Origin: Malacoraja senta | Taxonomy: Eukaryota | Assembly: GCA_038087875.1 (NCBI GenBank) | Contig: CM075993.1 | Location: 8,184,001 to 8,248,000 of the forward strand | Length of the DNA: 64,000 bases | Reading direction: 5' to 3' | Part shown: positions 38,651-51,711 of the stretch, in pieces | How positions within the stretch are numbered: position 1 is the first letter of the stretch | Layout of the letters: each line of letters opens with the position of its first letter | Program-made: the position numbers and the translations under genes | Notes under the pieces: model-generated | The model's input: only the letters and a program-made list of their open reading frames with translations | What the model was told of the DNA's origin: nothing | The model's database searches: none

Positions 38651-39969
38651 CTGCATGGAACCCTGCTGGATGAATGGGAATACAATTCTTCCACAGTCAC
38701 CATCTGCAAATGGTAGCATCAAGTCTTCATGGGTTAATGTCAAATAGTGAAGAGGTAATGGGCTCCTATTTTTTTTTGGCTTTGCTCACCAGTTTCCATT
38801 TTGTTTCATGCAGACGTGTCTTGGTCTGAGAGTTGTTTCTGAGTTAATTTTCCTTCCCACGCTGTATCTTCCATCCACCTGTAGAGGGCGCCAACAACCT
38901 GCCTCAATGAAAATCTGTATCAACAAATTTCCAGCGATAAAACAAAGTGTTCAATTGCTGATGGATCCTGAAAACTAAATCAATAGATTAAGGGAACATG
39001 ACAAAGTGTTGGAGTACCTCAGCAGTCTCTGGAGGACATGGGAAGGTGACGCTTTGGGTTTGGACCATTCTTCAGGACTGATTGTAGTAGGGGTGGGAGC
39101 AAGCTGGATACAGGCAAGGTGGGGGTCAGTGGGAGGGGGATTGATTTGCCAGATAGGTGGACAAAGTGTAGAGATTGAAAGGAGACCATATGTTGTCAGA
39201 TGAGGAGAGGAATGAAATGTAAAGCCAGAGGGAGGCATATAGGTGGGAGGGGGACATGGGGATGGGAAAGGGGGGATAATCAGTGCATCACGATCGAACA
39301 CAGGAAAAAGAGGGAAGGGGGTGTTACCTAAAATTGTAGAATTCAATGTTAATACTGTAGGGTTGTAAGCTAAGGGCACCAGCCTCTTTGTAGCAGATTG
39401 CTATTGTGGAGCTGCAACGTGCGGGATGCAACAGTGCTTTTCCTCATGTTTAAGTAACACCTGTGGAACCACTCCTAGATATTTACCATCTCCTGGCTGT
39501 GTACTTTGAATGGTGGTAGGGGTTGCAATGTACTTTATGTGCTGCTCAAAGCCTGGTCTCTGCAAATGCTTTGAGTTCAGTGCAAATTGCAGGAGACGTG
39601 AACACGAGTTGAGCTCTGCCTTCCCCCTGCATCTTGTCCACATTATTGCGGTACATCTGCAGCCCAGCGTTAGAAGGGCAGTGCTTTGCATCCAAGAACT
39701 GCTTGGTTTACTAATTGAATGCCTGTAACTTCTGCTCAGTGGTGACTGTGTGAATAATGCATGCGCAAGAATGTCGGCTTGTTTCAAGCCTCTGTGAATT
39801 GAAATTTAATTTTATTGAGGTTGAAATTGGAGATTTTGTTACACGACCCGGCTCGTGACCCGCAACAAGTTCACAAGGCTGAAAGTAAAACAGGAAATTC
39901 GAGAGTGTGATGGAGCTAATGATATGCTGAAAGTTGAAGGAATAAGGTGAAGTGTAGCTGGGATGTGAT

Positions 39970-40221
39970 GGGTAGCACAATAGCCCAGCGGTAGAGTTGC
40001 TGCCCTACAGTGCCAGCGACCCGGGTTCGATCCTGACTACGGATGCTGTCCTGTACAGAGTTTGTACGTTCTCCCCTGTGACCCGTGTGGGTTTTTCACC
40101 GGGTGCTCCGGTTTCCTCCAAAGACGGCAGGTTTGTAGGTTAAATTATCCCTAGTGTTTAGGGGTAGTGCTAGTGTATGGCCTAATTGCTGGTTGGCCCG
40201 ACTGGACCGACTGGGCCTGTT
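39970..40221 (+). mobile_element. V-SINE, tail interrupted by a GC-rich element
   Basis: Perfect B-box GGGTTCGATCC; the tail resumes near 40945. Confidence 0.82.
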
Positions 40222-40944
40222 TCAGAATCACACTTTATTCGCCAAGTATGTTTGCACATACGAGGAATTTCATTGGCCAGGTCAGTCCATACAATTAAAA
40301 GCAACAGATCACTCAAAAACACATTTTTAACATGAACATTCCACCACAGTGACCTACACATTCCTCACTGTGATGGAAGGCGAATAAAAGTTCAAGTCTC
40401 TTCCTTTTTGTTATTCCTCGGTTGTGGGCCTCGAGCCCCTGTTGACAGATGATCTTGACTCCCATAGCAGGCGGCGTTCGGGCCCTCCGCGTCGAGGCGA
40501 TCCGCTCCCCGCATCGGGGGGATGGTCAGCTCCCCCCGCGCCAGGCGATCGAACCTCGCGTTGGGGCTGGTCGAACCTTCTGCGACGTTGGAGCCTCCAG
40601 ACTGCGAGCTCTTGATGTTAAAGTCTGCGGTGGGAGCGATCCCAGGCAAGGGATCAGCTCCGATGTTAAGTCCGCGTGGGGCTCACGACAGTCCGAGGAG
40701 GCCTCCAGCTCAGCGATGGAAGGCCGCAGAGCCCGGAGAATGTGATCCGAAAATTGAATCACATCTCTGGGAAGGTAAGAACTTGAAAACAAAGTTTCCC
40801 CCGATCCCCTCCCCCCACCCCCCCACATAAAACAAACCGAAGAACATTAAAAACAAACTTTTATCAAACTAAAAAATAACAAAAAGAAAGAAAATACGAA
40901 CAGACTGCCGGCAGGGCAGCCATCTCCCCGGCGCCCCTGGTGGT
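40222..40944 (-). mobile_element. CpG-rich non-autonomous retroelement (unclassified; LINE-like 3' tail)
   Basis: Splits a SINE tail, shares ordered blocks with 52201-52960 and has AATAAA near its - strand 3' end. Confidence 0.6.
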
Positions 40945-42002
40945 CGTGCTATATCTCCAAAGTCGAAAGGAAGGAGTGAGGCAGATTAGATCCATCATCT
41001 GGTTTACGAAGTCATGTGCAACAAAGGAGTTTTAAAAGAGTTAGTATAAGTGAACGAGGATGTAATGTCTCATTCCTGGAAATGGAAATAGAAACATCTG
41101 ATGAATCTATCTCAGCTCATCACTAGCAGGTTGCGTTATAAATTTCCTGCCATTGCAAAAGTGTTCTGGCAGTGATGGGAATAGGTATCAGCTTTAAGGC
41201 TGCGAATGTTCCTTCCTCCACGGCTACAACAGCAAAGGCGGCTTCAGTCCTGCGCTGATGGTGAGTTGCATTGTTTTACATACATTTTGTATGCAAGACA
41301 GTTGCTCACACAAAAAAAGAAATTCTCATACTGCCGCTCAGCAAAGTATTGCATCGTGAATTTGATGAAGGGGCAGCTGCTTTAAACTTGAAAATGTGTA
41401 GGAAGGAACTGCAGAAGCTGGTTTAAACCGAAGATAGACACAAAATGCTGGAGTAACTCAGCGGGACAGGCAGCATCTCTGGAGAGAACGAACGAGTGAC
41501 GTTTTGGGTCGAGACCCTTCCTCAGACTGAGTTAATTAAACATCAATATGTTGCTTTTCTCCAAGACTCAGTTACAGTATCTATACCTGTACACTCAGTT
41601 ATCTTGCAGGAGTGTGTGAGTTGTAATATTTGTTACCAGCCGTTCTTGTTCAGAGGATAAAGGTTGAAATAAAATGCCAAATCCTGATGTATCTGTAGCA
41701 GAGAGAACATTGTGCGTCTGTTGCTTGTCAATTATACAATTTACAATTACTGCACTGTGATGTTTGCAAATGAAGTTGTATTTTGTTGCATTCAGTATTT
41801 CTCAACATTTTTTGGGGGGAAATATTGGGATTTGATCACTAGGTAGGTTGTGGCATTTTTCAGGATTAAGTTTTTAAATCAAATACTTTTACAAACAAAA
41901 TACAAAAAAAAAATTTAAATGCCACCTCGAAAGAGAATATGCAAATTTTAGGCTTAAATAATGTAGGTATCAATTGTCATTGAGAACTGGTCCATGAAGG
42001 AG

Positions 42003-42300
42003 GCTCAGTGGCACTGTTGGTAGAGCTGTTACCTCATAGCCAGAGACCTGGGCACAATCCTGACCTTGGGTACTTTCTGTGTGGAGTTTACATGTGACCA
42101 CATGGGTTTCCTCTGGGTGCTCCGGTTTCCACCCGCTTCCCAAAGACGTGCGGGTTTGTACGTTAATTAGCCTCTGTAAACTTGCCCCTAACATGTAGAG
42201 AGTGGATGAGAAAGTGGGATAACGCAGAACTAGTGTGATCAATGGTCAGCTTCGACTCGTGGGCTAAAGGGTCTGTTTCCATGCTGTTTCTCTAAACTAA
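42003..42300 (+). mobile_element. V-SINE
   Basis: V-domain and tail. Confidence 0.8.
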
Positions 42301-42896
42301 AAATAAAAATAAATAAACAAGAGGAGTTGAGGCCAGCATAGATCAATGGAGATCAACCATATTGAAGGGGTCTGGTGGCCTGCTCCTGTTCCCATGTTGA
42401 AAGCAGGGAAAACAGCCAACATTGCAATGCTCTTAGTCTTATATAAAACCATGAGGGCTTAGCTAGAGTGTAGGAAGGAACTACAGATGCTGGTTTACAC
42501 CAAAGATAAACACAAAATGCTGGAGTGACTCAGCGGGACAGGGGCTACTTAACTAGTCATGTATCTGTTCTGGAATTTACTATGCATATATTTGTTGCTA
42601 AGTTTTCTGCATTACAAAGTTATCAGTTATTCTGGATCACTGATCCACAGACATGAGTACAAACCACACCACGGTGGCTGGGCAGCTTAAATTCCAATAA
42701 TTAAATTAAAAGATAAAGGTCTGGAATTAAAACAAATATATTTTTAGGAATAAAAACCATGAAACCATTGGGTTGTTACAGAAACTCTTCTGAGGCTCAG
42801 AATTTAATAAGTAGGAGCAATGTATTCATCCCTCATGCCTGGTCCATCTTCCATTAAAATTGTGACTGATCTTTCACTGGATCTGCTTCACTAACG

Positions 42897-43197
42897 GGGC
42901 GGCACAGTGATGTAGCGGTAGAGCAGCTGCCTTACAGCACCAGAGACCCAGGTTTGATCCTGACTATGGATGACGTCTGCACAGAGTTTGTGTGTTCTCC
43001 CTGTGACTGCGTGGGTTTTCTCCGAGTGCTCTGGTTTCCTCCCACACTCCAAAGACGTACAGGTTTGTAGTTTAATTGGCTACGGTAAAAATTGTAAATT
43101 GTCCCTAGTGTGTAGGAAGTGTTAGGATACGGGGTGATCGCTGGTCAGCACGGACCCGCTGGGCCAAAGGGCCTATTTCCATGCTGTATCTCTCTAA
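42897..43197 (+). mobile_element. V-SINE
   Basis: Head, V-domain and tail. Confidence 0.85.
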
Positions 43198-43519
43198 AAA
43201 ATTAATATCCTGGGGAAAGGAAATTGGCCATACGTATCTGGTCTAGTCTATTGTGACTCCAGACTCATAAACGTCCTTGTTTTTTAACTGCCTACTCAGT
43301 TCTGGGGCAGCTAGGAGTCTTGATAGTAGATTTAGGCATTGTGTTCAAAATCCAGATACCATGAAAAGAAAATGTATTCTTGCCTGGGAGATGTTTTGGC
43401 TTATTCTGAGTTGGTATACAGGCCTGGCATCTGCCTAGCCTCTGCACGGATATTTCACCCCCTGAATTACTTTGCTGTTCTACCACTTATCCTCTTAAAA
43501 GGTTCCATGGACCTCCACC

Positions 43520-43790
43520 AGAGTCATAGAGTGCAGAAACAGGTCATTTGGCCCAACTAGCCCACACAGGCCAACATGTCCCAGCTACGCTAGTCCCACC
43601 TGCCTGCGTTTGACCCATATCCCTCCAAACCTGTCTTATCGATGTACATGTCTAACTGTTTCTTTAATGTTTGGTTAGTCCCTGCCTCAACTACTTCCTC
43701 TGGCAGCTTGTTCCATACACCCACCACCCTTTGTGTGAAAAAGTTACCCCTCTGATTCCTATTAAATATTTCCCCCTTCACCTTAAACCA
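43520..43790 (-). mobile_element. CR1 LINE 3' fragment
   Basis: GNFFTQRVVGVWNKLPEEVVEAG. Confidence 0.85.
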
Positions 43791-44124
43791 ATATAACCAG
43801 TCTTATTAAATCTTTGTGGATCAATTTAAAGTTATATTTTGTAACATTCTGTGATGTATCTTGGAATATTTTATTACTAATTGCAAATCATTGTTGTTAT
43901 TGATCTAATTTTCTTTGAACTTGGAGAAAAAACCTAGAGTATTCCTTGGAGCAAACGTTTCTAAAATGTAATATTTAGAAAATCTTCCAAGATTATAAAT
44001 TTACATTATAAATGCATCTTTTAAAATGGTGAAAGATTATACAATATCTTTAAAAACAGTCTGGCAAATCACAACATAGTTTTGGTGCTGGTTGAAGATC
44101 TAGTTTTTTTGATTGATTGATTGG

Positions 44125-44411
44125 AAGATACAGCATGGAAACAGGCCCTTCGGTCCACCGAGTCCATGTTGACCATTGATCACCTGTTCACACTAGTTCT
44201 GTTATTCGACTTTCACTAGATACACACAAGGGGCAATTTTACAGAGTACAATTAATCTACAAACTCCCGTGTCTTTGAGATGTGGGAGGAAACCCATGCG
44301 GTCGCACGGAGAACGTGAAAACTGTACCTAGACAGCACCCGAGGTCAGTTTCTAACCTGGGTCTCTGGCTTTGTGAGGCAGCAGCCTCTACCAGCTACGC
44401 CACTCTGCCGT
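44125..44411 (-). mobile_element. V-SINE
   Basis: Reverse-orientation head and tail. Confidence 0.75.
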
Positions 44412-45435
44412 CTTTTTGAATGAGACTGATGAGTAGGGAAGAAATAGAGTTTCTGCCTTGGGCTGTCACATTGTGAGAAGTAGTCCGATTTAAAACTTGT
44501 ACTTTCTGTGTTACTGTATAACAGTCAGTTCCCTAGATTTATGATGTCTGGAAGGCAGTGTGCTTTCGTATTGCATTGTTATCGGTGATTTGCTGTTATA
44601 TATCCCATGAGCAGCAAATGTGTAACCCCAATTAATACTTGCTGGACCTAGCTTGCCCTCGCAAAAGATGCATGTCCTTGTGAAGGCAGCCTGTTTCTGC
44701 AGCTTTAAATTGATGAATGAGTTTTGGAATTAAAAGCTTCAGAAGACTTTAAATTATCCTGCTTGCATCTGTCCTCCCACAGGTCTTCAGATGAAAGCTG
44801 AAAGATGAAAGATCCATTTTTAAGTTATTTCCATTCCATGAGGGAGGATCCATAGGAATGTTTATTAACACCAGTAGAGGAAGGAGGGGTATGCCATTTG
44901 GCCCCTCGAGCCTGCACTATTATTCAATAAGATAATTGAATCGCCCTCCCCTATTCCCACATTCCCCCTCCACCCCCATCCCTTGTAACTCCAGAGAACA
45001 TCCAGAAATGTATCAATCCCAGTTTGTCCATGTTAGTTTTCAGGAATGACAAACAATCTGCTGGAGGAACCCGGCTGGCCGAGCATCATCTGTGAATGGA
45101 AGGGGGTCGTTAACTTTTTGGATCGAAGCCCTGCATCAGGATATTCCTCCCCCCTCCCCCCCCCCCCTCCCCAACCACACACACACACACACAGATGCCG
45201 CTCAACCCATTGAGTTCCAGCAGATTGCTCGTTTCTCCGGATTCCAGCATCTGCAGTCTCTTGTGTCTCCTTAGCTTTCAGTAACTTCTGTAGAAGGACA
45301 CCCGGGACCTTTTGAGCCACAACATTTCCAAACCCACCATTTAAAGTTTCTCAGTATTCAATAGACAAATGGAACAGTTGAAAGCATGCTGACTGACAGG
45401 AAACAGGCAGGTCGCCTTTATGCATTGTACAATAT

Positions 45436-45910
45436 GTCAAGTCAAGTCAAGTGAGTTTATTGTCATGTGTCCCTGGTAGGACAATGAAATTCTTGCTTTG
45501 CTTGAGCACAACAGAACATAGTAGGCATTTACTACAAGGCATTCTATAAATATATACACAATGGTCAATATACTGATAAAGTGCAAATAACAGTATTGGC
45601 TAGTAAAGTTCAGTGTCCGAGCCAGGTTTAATAGCCTGATGGCTGTGGGGAAGTAGCTGTTCCTGAACCTGGTCGTTGCAGTCTTCAGGCTCCTGTACCT
45701 TCTACCTGAAGGTAGTAGGGAGATGAGTGTGTGGCCAGGATGGTGTGGGTCCATGATGATGCTGCCAGCCTTTTTGAGGCAGCGACTGGTAGATCCCCTC
45801 GATGAAAGGGAGGTCAGAGCCGATGATGGACTGGGCAGTGTTTACTACTTTTTGTAGTCTTTTCCTCTCCAGGGCACTCAAGTTGCCAAACCAAGCCACG
45901 ATGACAACAA
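45436..45910 (-). mobile_element. Rex1/Babar LINE 3' fragment
   Basis: AWFGNLSALERKRLQKVVNTAQSIIG...DPHHPGHTLISLLPSGRRYRS..TTRFRNSYFPTAIRLLN and a (CTTGA)n tail. Confidence 0.88.
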
Positions 45911-46124
45911 CCTTTTGGTTAGAAATTGAGAAATGCATTGGGACTTGTATAAGGTGAGAGTTATTCGAATCATAATTCATTGCTGGATTCTTCTAAACAC
46001 TAAATTTATTTGGCAAATTAAAAATATATATATACAATTCCTTTCTAAAAACACAAATTAACAGAGAAACTCAGTGGGTCAGGCAGCATAACTGGAGGAC
46101 CAGAAGCATTGCCTCTCCATGTCT

Positions 46125-46737
46125 TAGTTTTAGTTTTAGAGACACCGCGTGGTCACTGGTCCTTCGGTCCACCGAGTTCGCGCCGACCAGCATCCGTACA
46201 CTAGTACTGTTCTGCACACTAGAGACAATTTACAGAAGCCAATCAACCTACAAACCTGCACATCTTTGTAATGTGGGAGGAAACTGGAGCATCTGGAGAA
46301 AACCCAGGTGGTCACAGGGAAAACGCACATATCAGCGAGTTCGGTATTCCGACTGCGCATGCCTAGGTCATAGGTCACTCACGATAAACATTCTCGGCAG
46401 CTGTGCTGCTGCATGAATATATACCTGCGTTTCAACTGTAGTCAGGTTCGAACGCGGGTCTCCGGCGTGCAAGCACTGTTGAATTGCTACTGGGCCGTCT
46501 CCATCCCCTCCCTGTCCGGCGGCAGCCAGAGATGTCTGGCGTGACCCTGGACGGACGGGACACCGGCCCAGAGCAGTGGAGTTAGCACTTCTTCTCCGTG
46601 CTGGCTGTAAGCCTGTGCCACCACTGCTCGGGCTGGTGTCCCGTCAGTCCAGGGCTGTCGGTTAACCCGGCGGGATTCGAATCTGGGTCTCTGGCGCTGT
46701 AAGGCAGCAACTCTACCACTGAACCACTCTGTCGTCC
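46125..46737 (-). mobile_element. Composite V-SINE with ~350 bp structured internal segment
   Basis: The head (46675-46737) is separated from the V-domain and tail (46125-46330) by non-standard CpG-rich sequence. Confidence 0.7.
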
Positions 46738-47150
46738 TGCATCCTCCAGAGGTGCTGCCTGACCCGCTGAGTTACTCCAGCACTTTGTGTTTTACTTAGG
46801 TTTCTAGCATCTGCAGTTCCTTGTGTTTATAATTTCTTTCTTTGTCTTTGATTGATGTTTTTAAGAGCACTCCTGAGCCTGAGATCGTGAATCAGAAAAA
46901 TGTTATCACCTGCGTTGTTGTGTTTGCCTTCGGGGTGGCGTTGGAGGAGGTTACGTGGGCCAAGACATGTATGCGTGGTTTCAGCAATATACTGTACCAA
47001 TGGGAATGGTTATTTGATGTTTTGTACTGGGTGTGGTCCATTGATTAGCATCAGCTTGTCAAAAGTGTTGGTGATGTTGGTAATACTTACACAAGTGATT
47101 GTTGGGTTGGATCACCACAGAGGAAACACAGAACCAGAGGAATAAACCAA

Positions 47151-47450
47151 GGGCGGCACAGTGGCGCACCGGTACAGTTGCTGCCTTACAGCACCTACAG
47201 TGCCAGAGACCCGGGTTCAATCCCGACTACGGGTGCTGTCTGTACGTTCTCCCCGTGACGTTCCTCCAAGATCTTTGGTTTTCTCCCACACTCCAAAGAC
47301 GTACAAGTTTGTAGGTTAATTGGCTTGGTATTAATGTAAATTGTCCCGGGGTTGGTGTTAATGGGCGGGGATCGCTGGTCTGTGCTGACCCGGTGGGCCG
47401 AAGGGCCTGCTTCCGCACTGTATCTCTAAACTGAACTAAAACTAAACTAA
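47151..47450 (+). mobile_element. V-SINE
   Basis: Head, partial V-domain and (CTAAA)n tail. Confidence 0.82.
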
Positions 47451-49254
47451 AGGTGGCACATGTATTAAGCTGCAGTGACATTTTTTGTTTTTTTTTGCAA
47501 CAGATCAGTAAAATTATTGCCATATATAAATACAATCCCCGATTAAGTACACAATGCACCAAAACTACCCACTGAGTTCATATTTGGCGCCATTTTCAAA
47601 ATCCAATCTGCAGCTGGCCATAAAGGCCCATTTCAGCCATCACCTCCATCTTGGCTTGTCAAGCGAGCCATCGTCCCACTCTGTGCCTAGCCACCTTCAG
47701 CCACCTTCATCCTCCCGCATCAGACCTTGAAGGTGTGGAAGGTAAGATCTCTGATTCTTCTTACCGGCCCTTTGTTCCAGCGACCACCGCCGTCGTCGAC
47801 TCCTCTCCAGCTCCTGGTCCTCGTGCGCGAGTGGGAGCCGAGCTCAGTGGCTTCCCACTCTAGGCGAGTTTTTGGTTCAGTGGTGGGCGAGCCAGGCCTG
47901 CTGGCGCTCACAGCCCTCCGGGAGCTTCACGAACAATAGAAAGCAAAACAGTGCAGCACAGGAACAGGCCTTTAGGCCCACAACATCTGTGCCAATCGTG
48001 AAGCCAAATTAAACTTATCTATGTACCGCCCACTCCCCTGACATCAGTCTGAATAAGGGTCTCGATCCAAAACGTCACCCATTCCTTCTCTCTAGAAATG
48101 CTGCCTATCCCACTGCGTTACTCCAGGTTTTTGTGTCTTATCTTCGGTTTAAATCTGCAGTTCCTTCCGACACACAAACTATTTCCTTCTGCTTGCACAT
48201 GATCAATATCCCTCTATTTTCTGCATGTGCATGTCTAAAATCCTCATCAGTGCTATGTACAGATGGTGAATTTCTCTCAACTCTGTTCTACATTCATCAA
48301 CTCTGCCAACATTTTTTACTGATTTCCTCACCCTCCCACCAAGTTTCAATGGTGAAATCTTTCGTTGCTTTGGTGAGATCTCACTGCATGGAAATCAAAT
48401 GTCTACATGAGAACAGAAATTGCTGTGTAAAATGTAATTTGTCCTTTTGAACTGTATCTTAATAGTCGAGATGCAGGAATAGCAATTTCAGTACTTTGGA
48501 ACCGATTTAGCATTATTAAGCTCAGCAACATTAATGTCCTAAAAACTGCTGCAGTCCGGCAGCTTCTTGGAATCTACCTCATAATCGGAACGACTCCTTG
48601 TATAGAAGATAGGCACAAAATGCTGGAGTAACTCAGCGGGTCAGGCAACATCGCTGGAGAAGAGGAATAGGTGATGTTTCAGGTAGACACCCTTCTTTGA
48701 GTCAGGGGAGAGGGAAACTAGAGATATGAAGAGGTGCAAAGAATAAATTAGGGTCATCATAGCATGAATTATGAATGTTGGAAAATTGAGTTAAGCAGAT
48801 GGTTTGCTCAACGTTATTCCCCTATCATGTATCGTTTCGCTATGAATGGCTCTATTGTAATCATGCATTGTCTTTCCGCTGGCTGGTTAGCACGCAATAA
48901 AAGCTTTTCACTGTACCTCAGTAGACGTGACAATAAACTAAACTGAAACTGAACTGAACTAAAACTGAAGAATGGTTCTGGCCCGAAATGTCACCTATCC
49001 ATGACCTCCAGGAATGCTGTCTAACCCACTGAGTTATTCCAGCACTTTGTGTCTTTTTTTGTCAACTAGCAACAGCAGTTCCTTGTTTCCATTGTTTGCT
49101 CATGACTGGAGCAGCAGTGTTCTGCAATGCTGTTCCCCAGTATAATGAAGTGACAGCAGTCAAAAATTGTGATTCTCTGCCAGTTTTTGTTCTCTGGATG
49201 TGGGCAAGACTATATTTATTGTTACTGGGAAAGTTGTGGTTGGCCTTCTTAAAT

Positions 49255-49540
49255 GCAGCAGGTAGAGCTGCTGCCTCACAATGCCATGGACCCGGTATTG
49301 CTCCTTAACCCCGGGTGCTGTCTGTGGAGTTTTACGTTCTCCCTGTGATAGCATGGGTTTCCTCCAGGTGCTCCAATTGCCTCCCTCATCCCAAAGACGT
49401 GTGGTAATTGCCCTCTGTAAATTGGCCCTAGTGTGCAGGGTGTAGATGAGAAAGTGGTATAACATAGAACTAGTGTTAACTTGTGATCGATGGTCAGCGT
49501 GGACTCGTTGTGCCAAAGGGCCTTTTTCCATACTGTATCT
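49255..49540 (+). mobile_element. V-SINE
   Basis: V-domain and tail. Confidence 0.78.
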
Positions 49541-49549
49541 CTGTGTGAA

Positions 49550-49885
49550 AAATATACATCTTCTAGATGCGCTGGGACGCATCCTCAGTGCTGTGACCTG
49601 GGGTCATCGGGTGTTTCGGGTCTCACAACATCAGACACCCTCGCCCAGGCGACCAGGCCCCGACCTGCGTCCCGGCAGCTACCGCCCACGGATCAGCCAT
49701 CTTAATAACTACTCTGCAGGGGTTGGGAGACTCTAGTGCGTGGAGGGACTGGGCTCTGAGGGGTGAGTCCTGGCCGGGCTCCTCCAGCGTCCCACCAGGT
49801 TCAAGGCCTGTGCACTGCACCTCTTTCTCCTTCTCCGAGCATTTCATTCTCGCCTGATGGATTTTTAGGCCACGGTAGTTCGTTA
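49550..49885 (-). mobile_element. HERO-like (RLE-type non-LTR) retrotransposon, internally deleted
   Basis: RGLKIHQARMKC...EPGGTLEEPGQDSPLRAQSLH (N-terminal zinc-finger region) is joined to ADPWAVAAGTQVG (C-terminus) and a 3' UTR GGGTGTCTGATG...CCCGAAACACCCGATGACCCCAGG; recognised from memory. Confidence 0.65.
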
Positions 49886-51474
49886 GGCTACAACTAAACA
49901 TTGTATTACTTGTAGCGAGACACAAGGGGCTGCAGATGCTTTGAACAAAATGTGAAGTGTGAGTAACTCAGCGAGTCAGGCAGACTGAAGAAGGGTCCCA
50001 ACCCGAAACGTCGCTTATCCATTCCCTCCATAGATGCAGCTTAACCCACTGAGTTACTCCAGCACTTTGTGTTATAGCTGTGCTGTTACATGATATTGTT
50101 ATTGATTAAATAGTTCAGCAAGAATGAATAACTAGTTCTGTCTGTGTGATAAGTGATGGAAATTAATTTGAAGGTGGTATTGAACCTCCTGACCTTTCTC
50201 GGAAGGTGTTCGAGTTCATATTTTACATATTTAAAAAAAATACACTAATGGCTATCAACATGAAATATTAATTTCAACCCCTGCATAGCTGCTGCCTGAC
50301 TCAGATTATTTGCAGCATTCTCTATTTTTCATGATGTTGAGTAAATATGTAAAATGCACTTGAACAGCTGTATAGATAATGCTGTCTGTAGCCAGAAAAA
50401 GTTGGAGCAAGTGAGAGAAATTTCTTCAGTCGCCTTTTTACTTTGGATAATGTTTTTGACTATAGTAGTAACGACATCTGTCTGGATCAGCAGTGAGAGA
50501 ACATTGACCCATTGCATTCCTAACCCAAACCAAGTTTGTTTATGATGTTGCGCTGTGAAAGGATTGCCAGATGAACCCTTTAACATTACACACAATGCTT
50601 CTCTGTTTCAGACTCGTGATTTAATGGGCCTAGTCCAATAGTCTGGTGATCTCGAAGTTGTCTATGTTGGGGGGAAAAAAATCAGTGATGATAGTGCCCT
50701 TGCGAGATGCGTTGGCTTGTGTTTAGGGATGATTGTGCTGGCTCTTGGGGCTCTGCCTTTGAAGGGGACTCTGGTAACTTCAGCACCATTGTACCCCTCT
50801 TCCCACCAAACCATCGGACGGTCTCCTTCAGCAGAACAGAAATTGGCATTGAGAACCCAGTGATATTATCTTATGCTTGAGGAGTCCCATGAGATCACCT
50901 TGATACAGCTCAAAGTGCTTTAATCTTAATGAATTGCATTTGAAATGCATTTGCTATAATATTTAATATAGAAAAAGCTATGGCCCCACAGTAACAGCGA
51001 GATAATGCCAAGATAATCTGCTTTCATGGTTCTGGTTGATGAAATCAGCAACCAAAATCTGTGCCTTGTGCAAACAAACCCATCATACAGATGGAAGGAA
51101 CTGTAGAGGTAAGGGTCCCTGGGTACTCAAAGCCCTCAACAGAACCTGCACAGACCTTGGGCCAAGTAGAACTCTGCTCTGCAACTAGAATGATCCTAAA
51201 TGCAACTTTGACTGTGAGTCCCAATTCACGGAGCATGTCAAGAACAGTTGCAAGATGCGCCTCGTTTCTCCACTCAGTATCTCAGGATGCCATTGATTAT
51301 ACTGATCAACAGGACATCTGAGTGTGAGTCTATTCCCTGAATAGAGAGGCCGTAAGTGTTAGCCAGAACACCTTCGGATATTGGCTTAAGAATATTGCCT
51401 TGGTGTCTTCAACATCCACCTGGGAGGGTAGAAGACACCTCGGAAGAGGGGCATCTCTAATAGAGGTGCACTCC

Positions 51475-51711
51475 ATATCTTTTATTCATTTGTTCAATAG
51501 CATATCTTTCATTCATTTGTTCTATATCTCTCTACATCACCGTCTATATCTCTCGTTTCCCTTTCCCCTGACTCTCAGTCTGAAGAAGGGTCTCGACCTG
51601 AAATGTCACCTCTTCCTTTTCTCCAGAGATGCTGTCTGTCTGCTGAGTTACTCCAGCTTTTTGTGTCTATCAATCGGTTAAAACCAGCATCTGCAGTTCC
51701 TTCCTACACTA
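51475..51711 (+). mobile_element. Penelope-derived short unit with hammerhead-like core and 8 bp TSD
   Basis: tgcactcc at 51467-51474 and 51712-51719; core ctgaagaagggtctcgacctgaaatgtc. Confidence 0.8.

Noticed and set aside
47640-47940. CpG-rich block with a weak THAP-like peptide (KLPEGCERQQAWLAH) on the - strand
   Set aside because: In-frame stops, no Cys/His ligands or splice context, and the similarity is too weak to call.
49595-49642. Hammerhead in the HERO-like 3' UTR (CTGATG...GAAAC on the - strand)
   Set aside because: The core reads CTGATGT rather than CTGANGA and there is no NUH site in the right geometry; a simple GGGTGT/ACACCC hairpin explains it.
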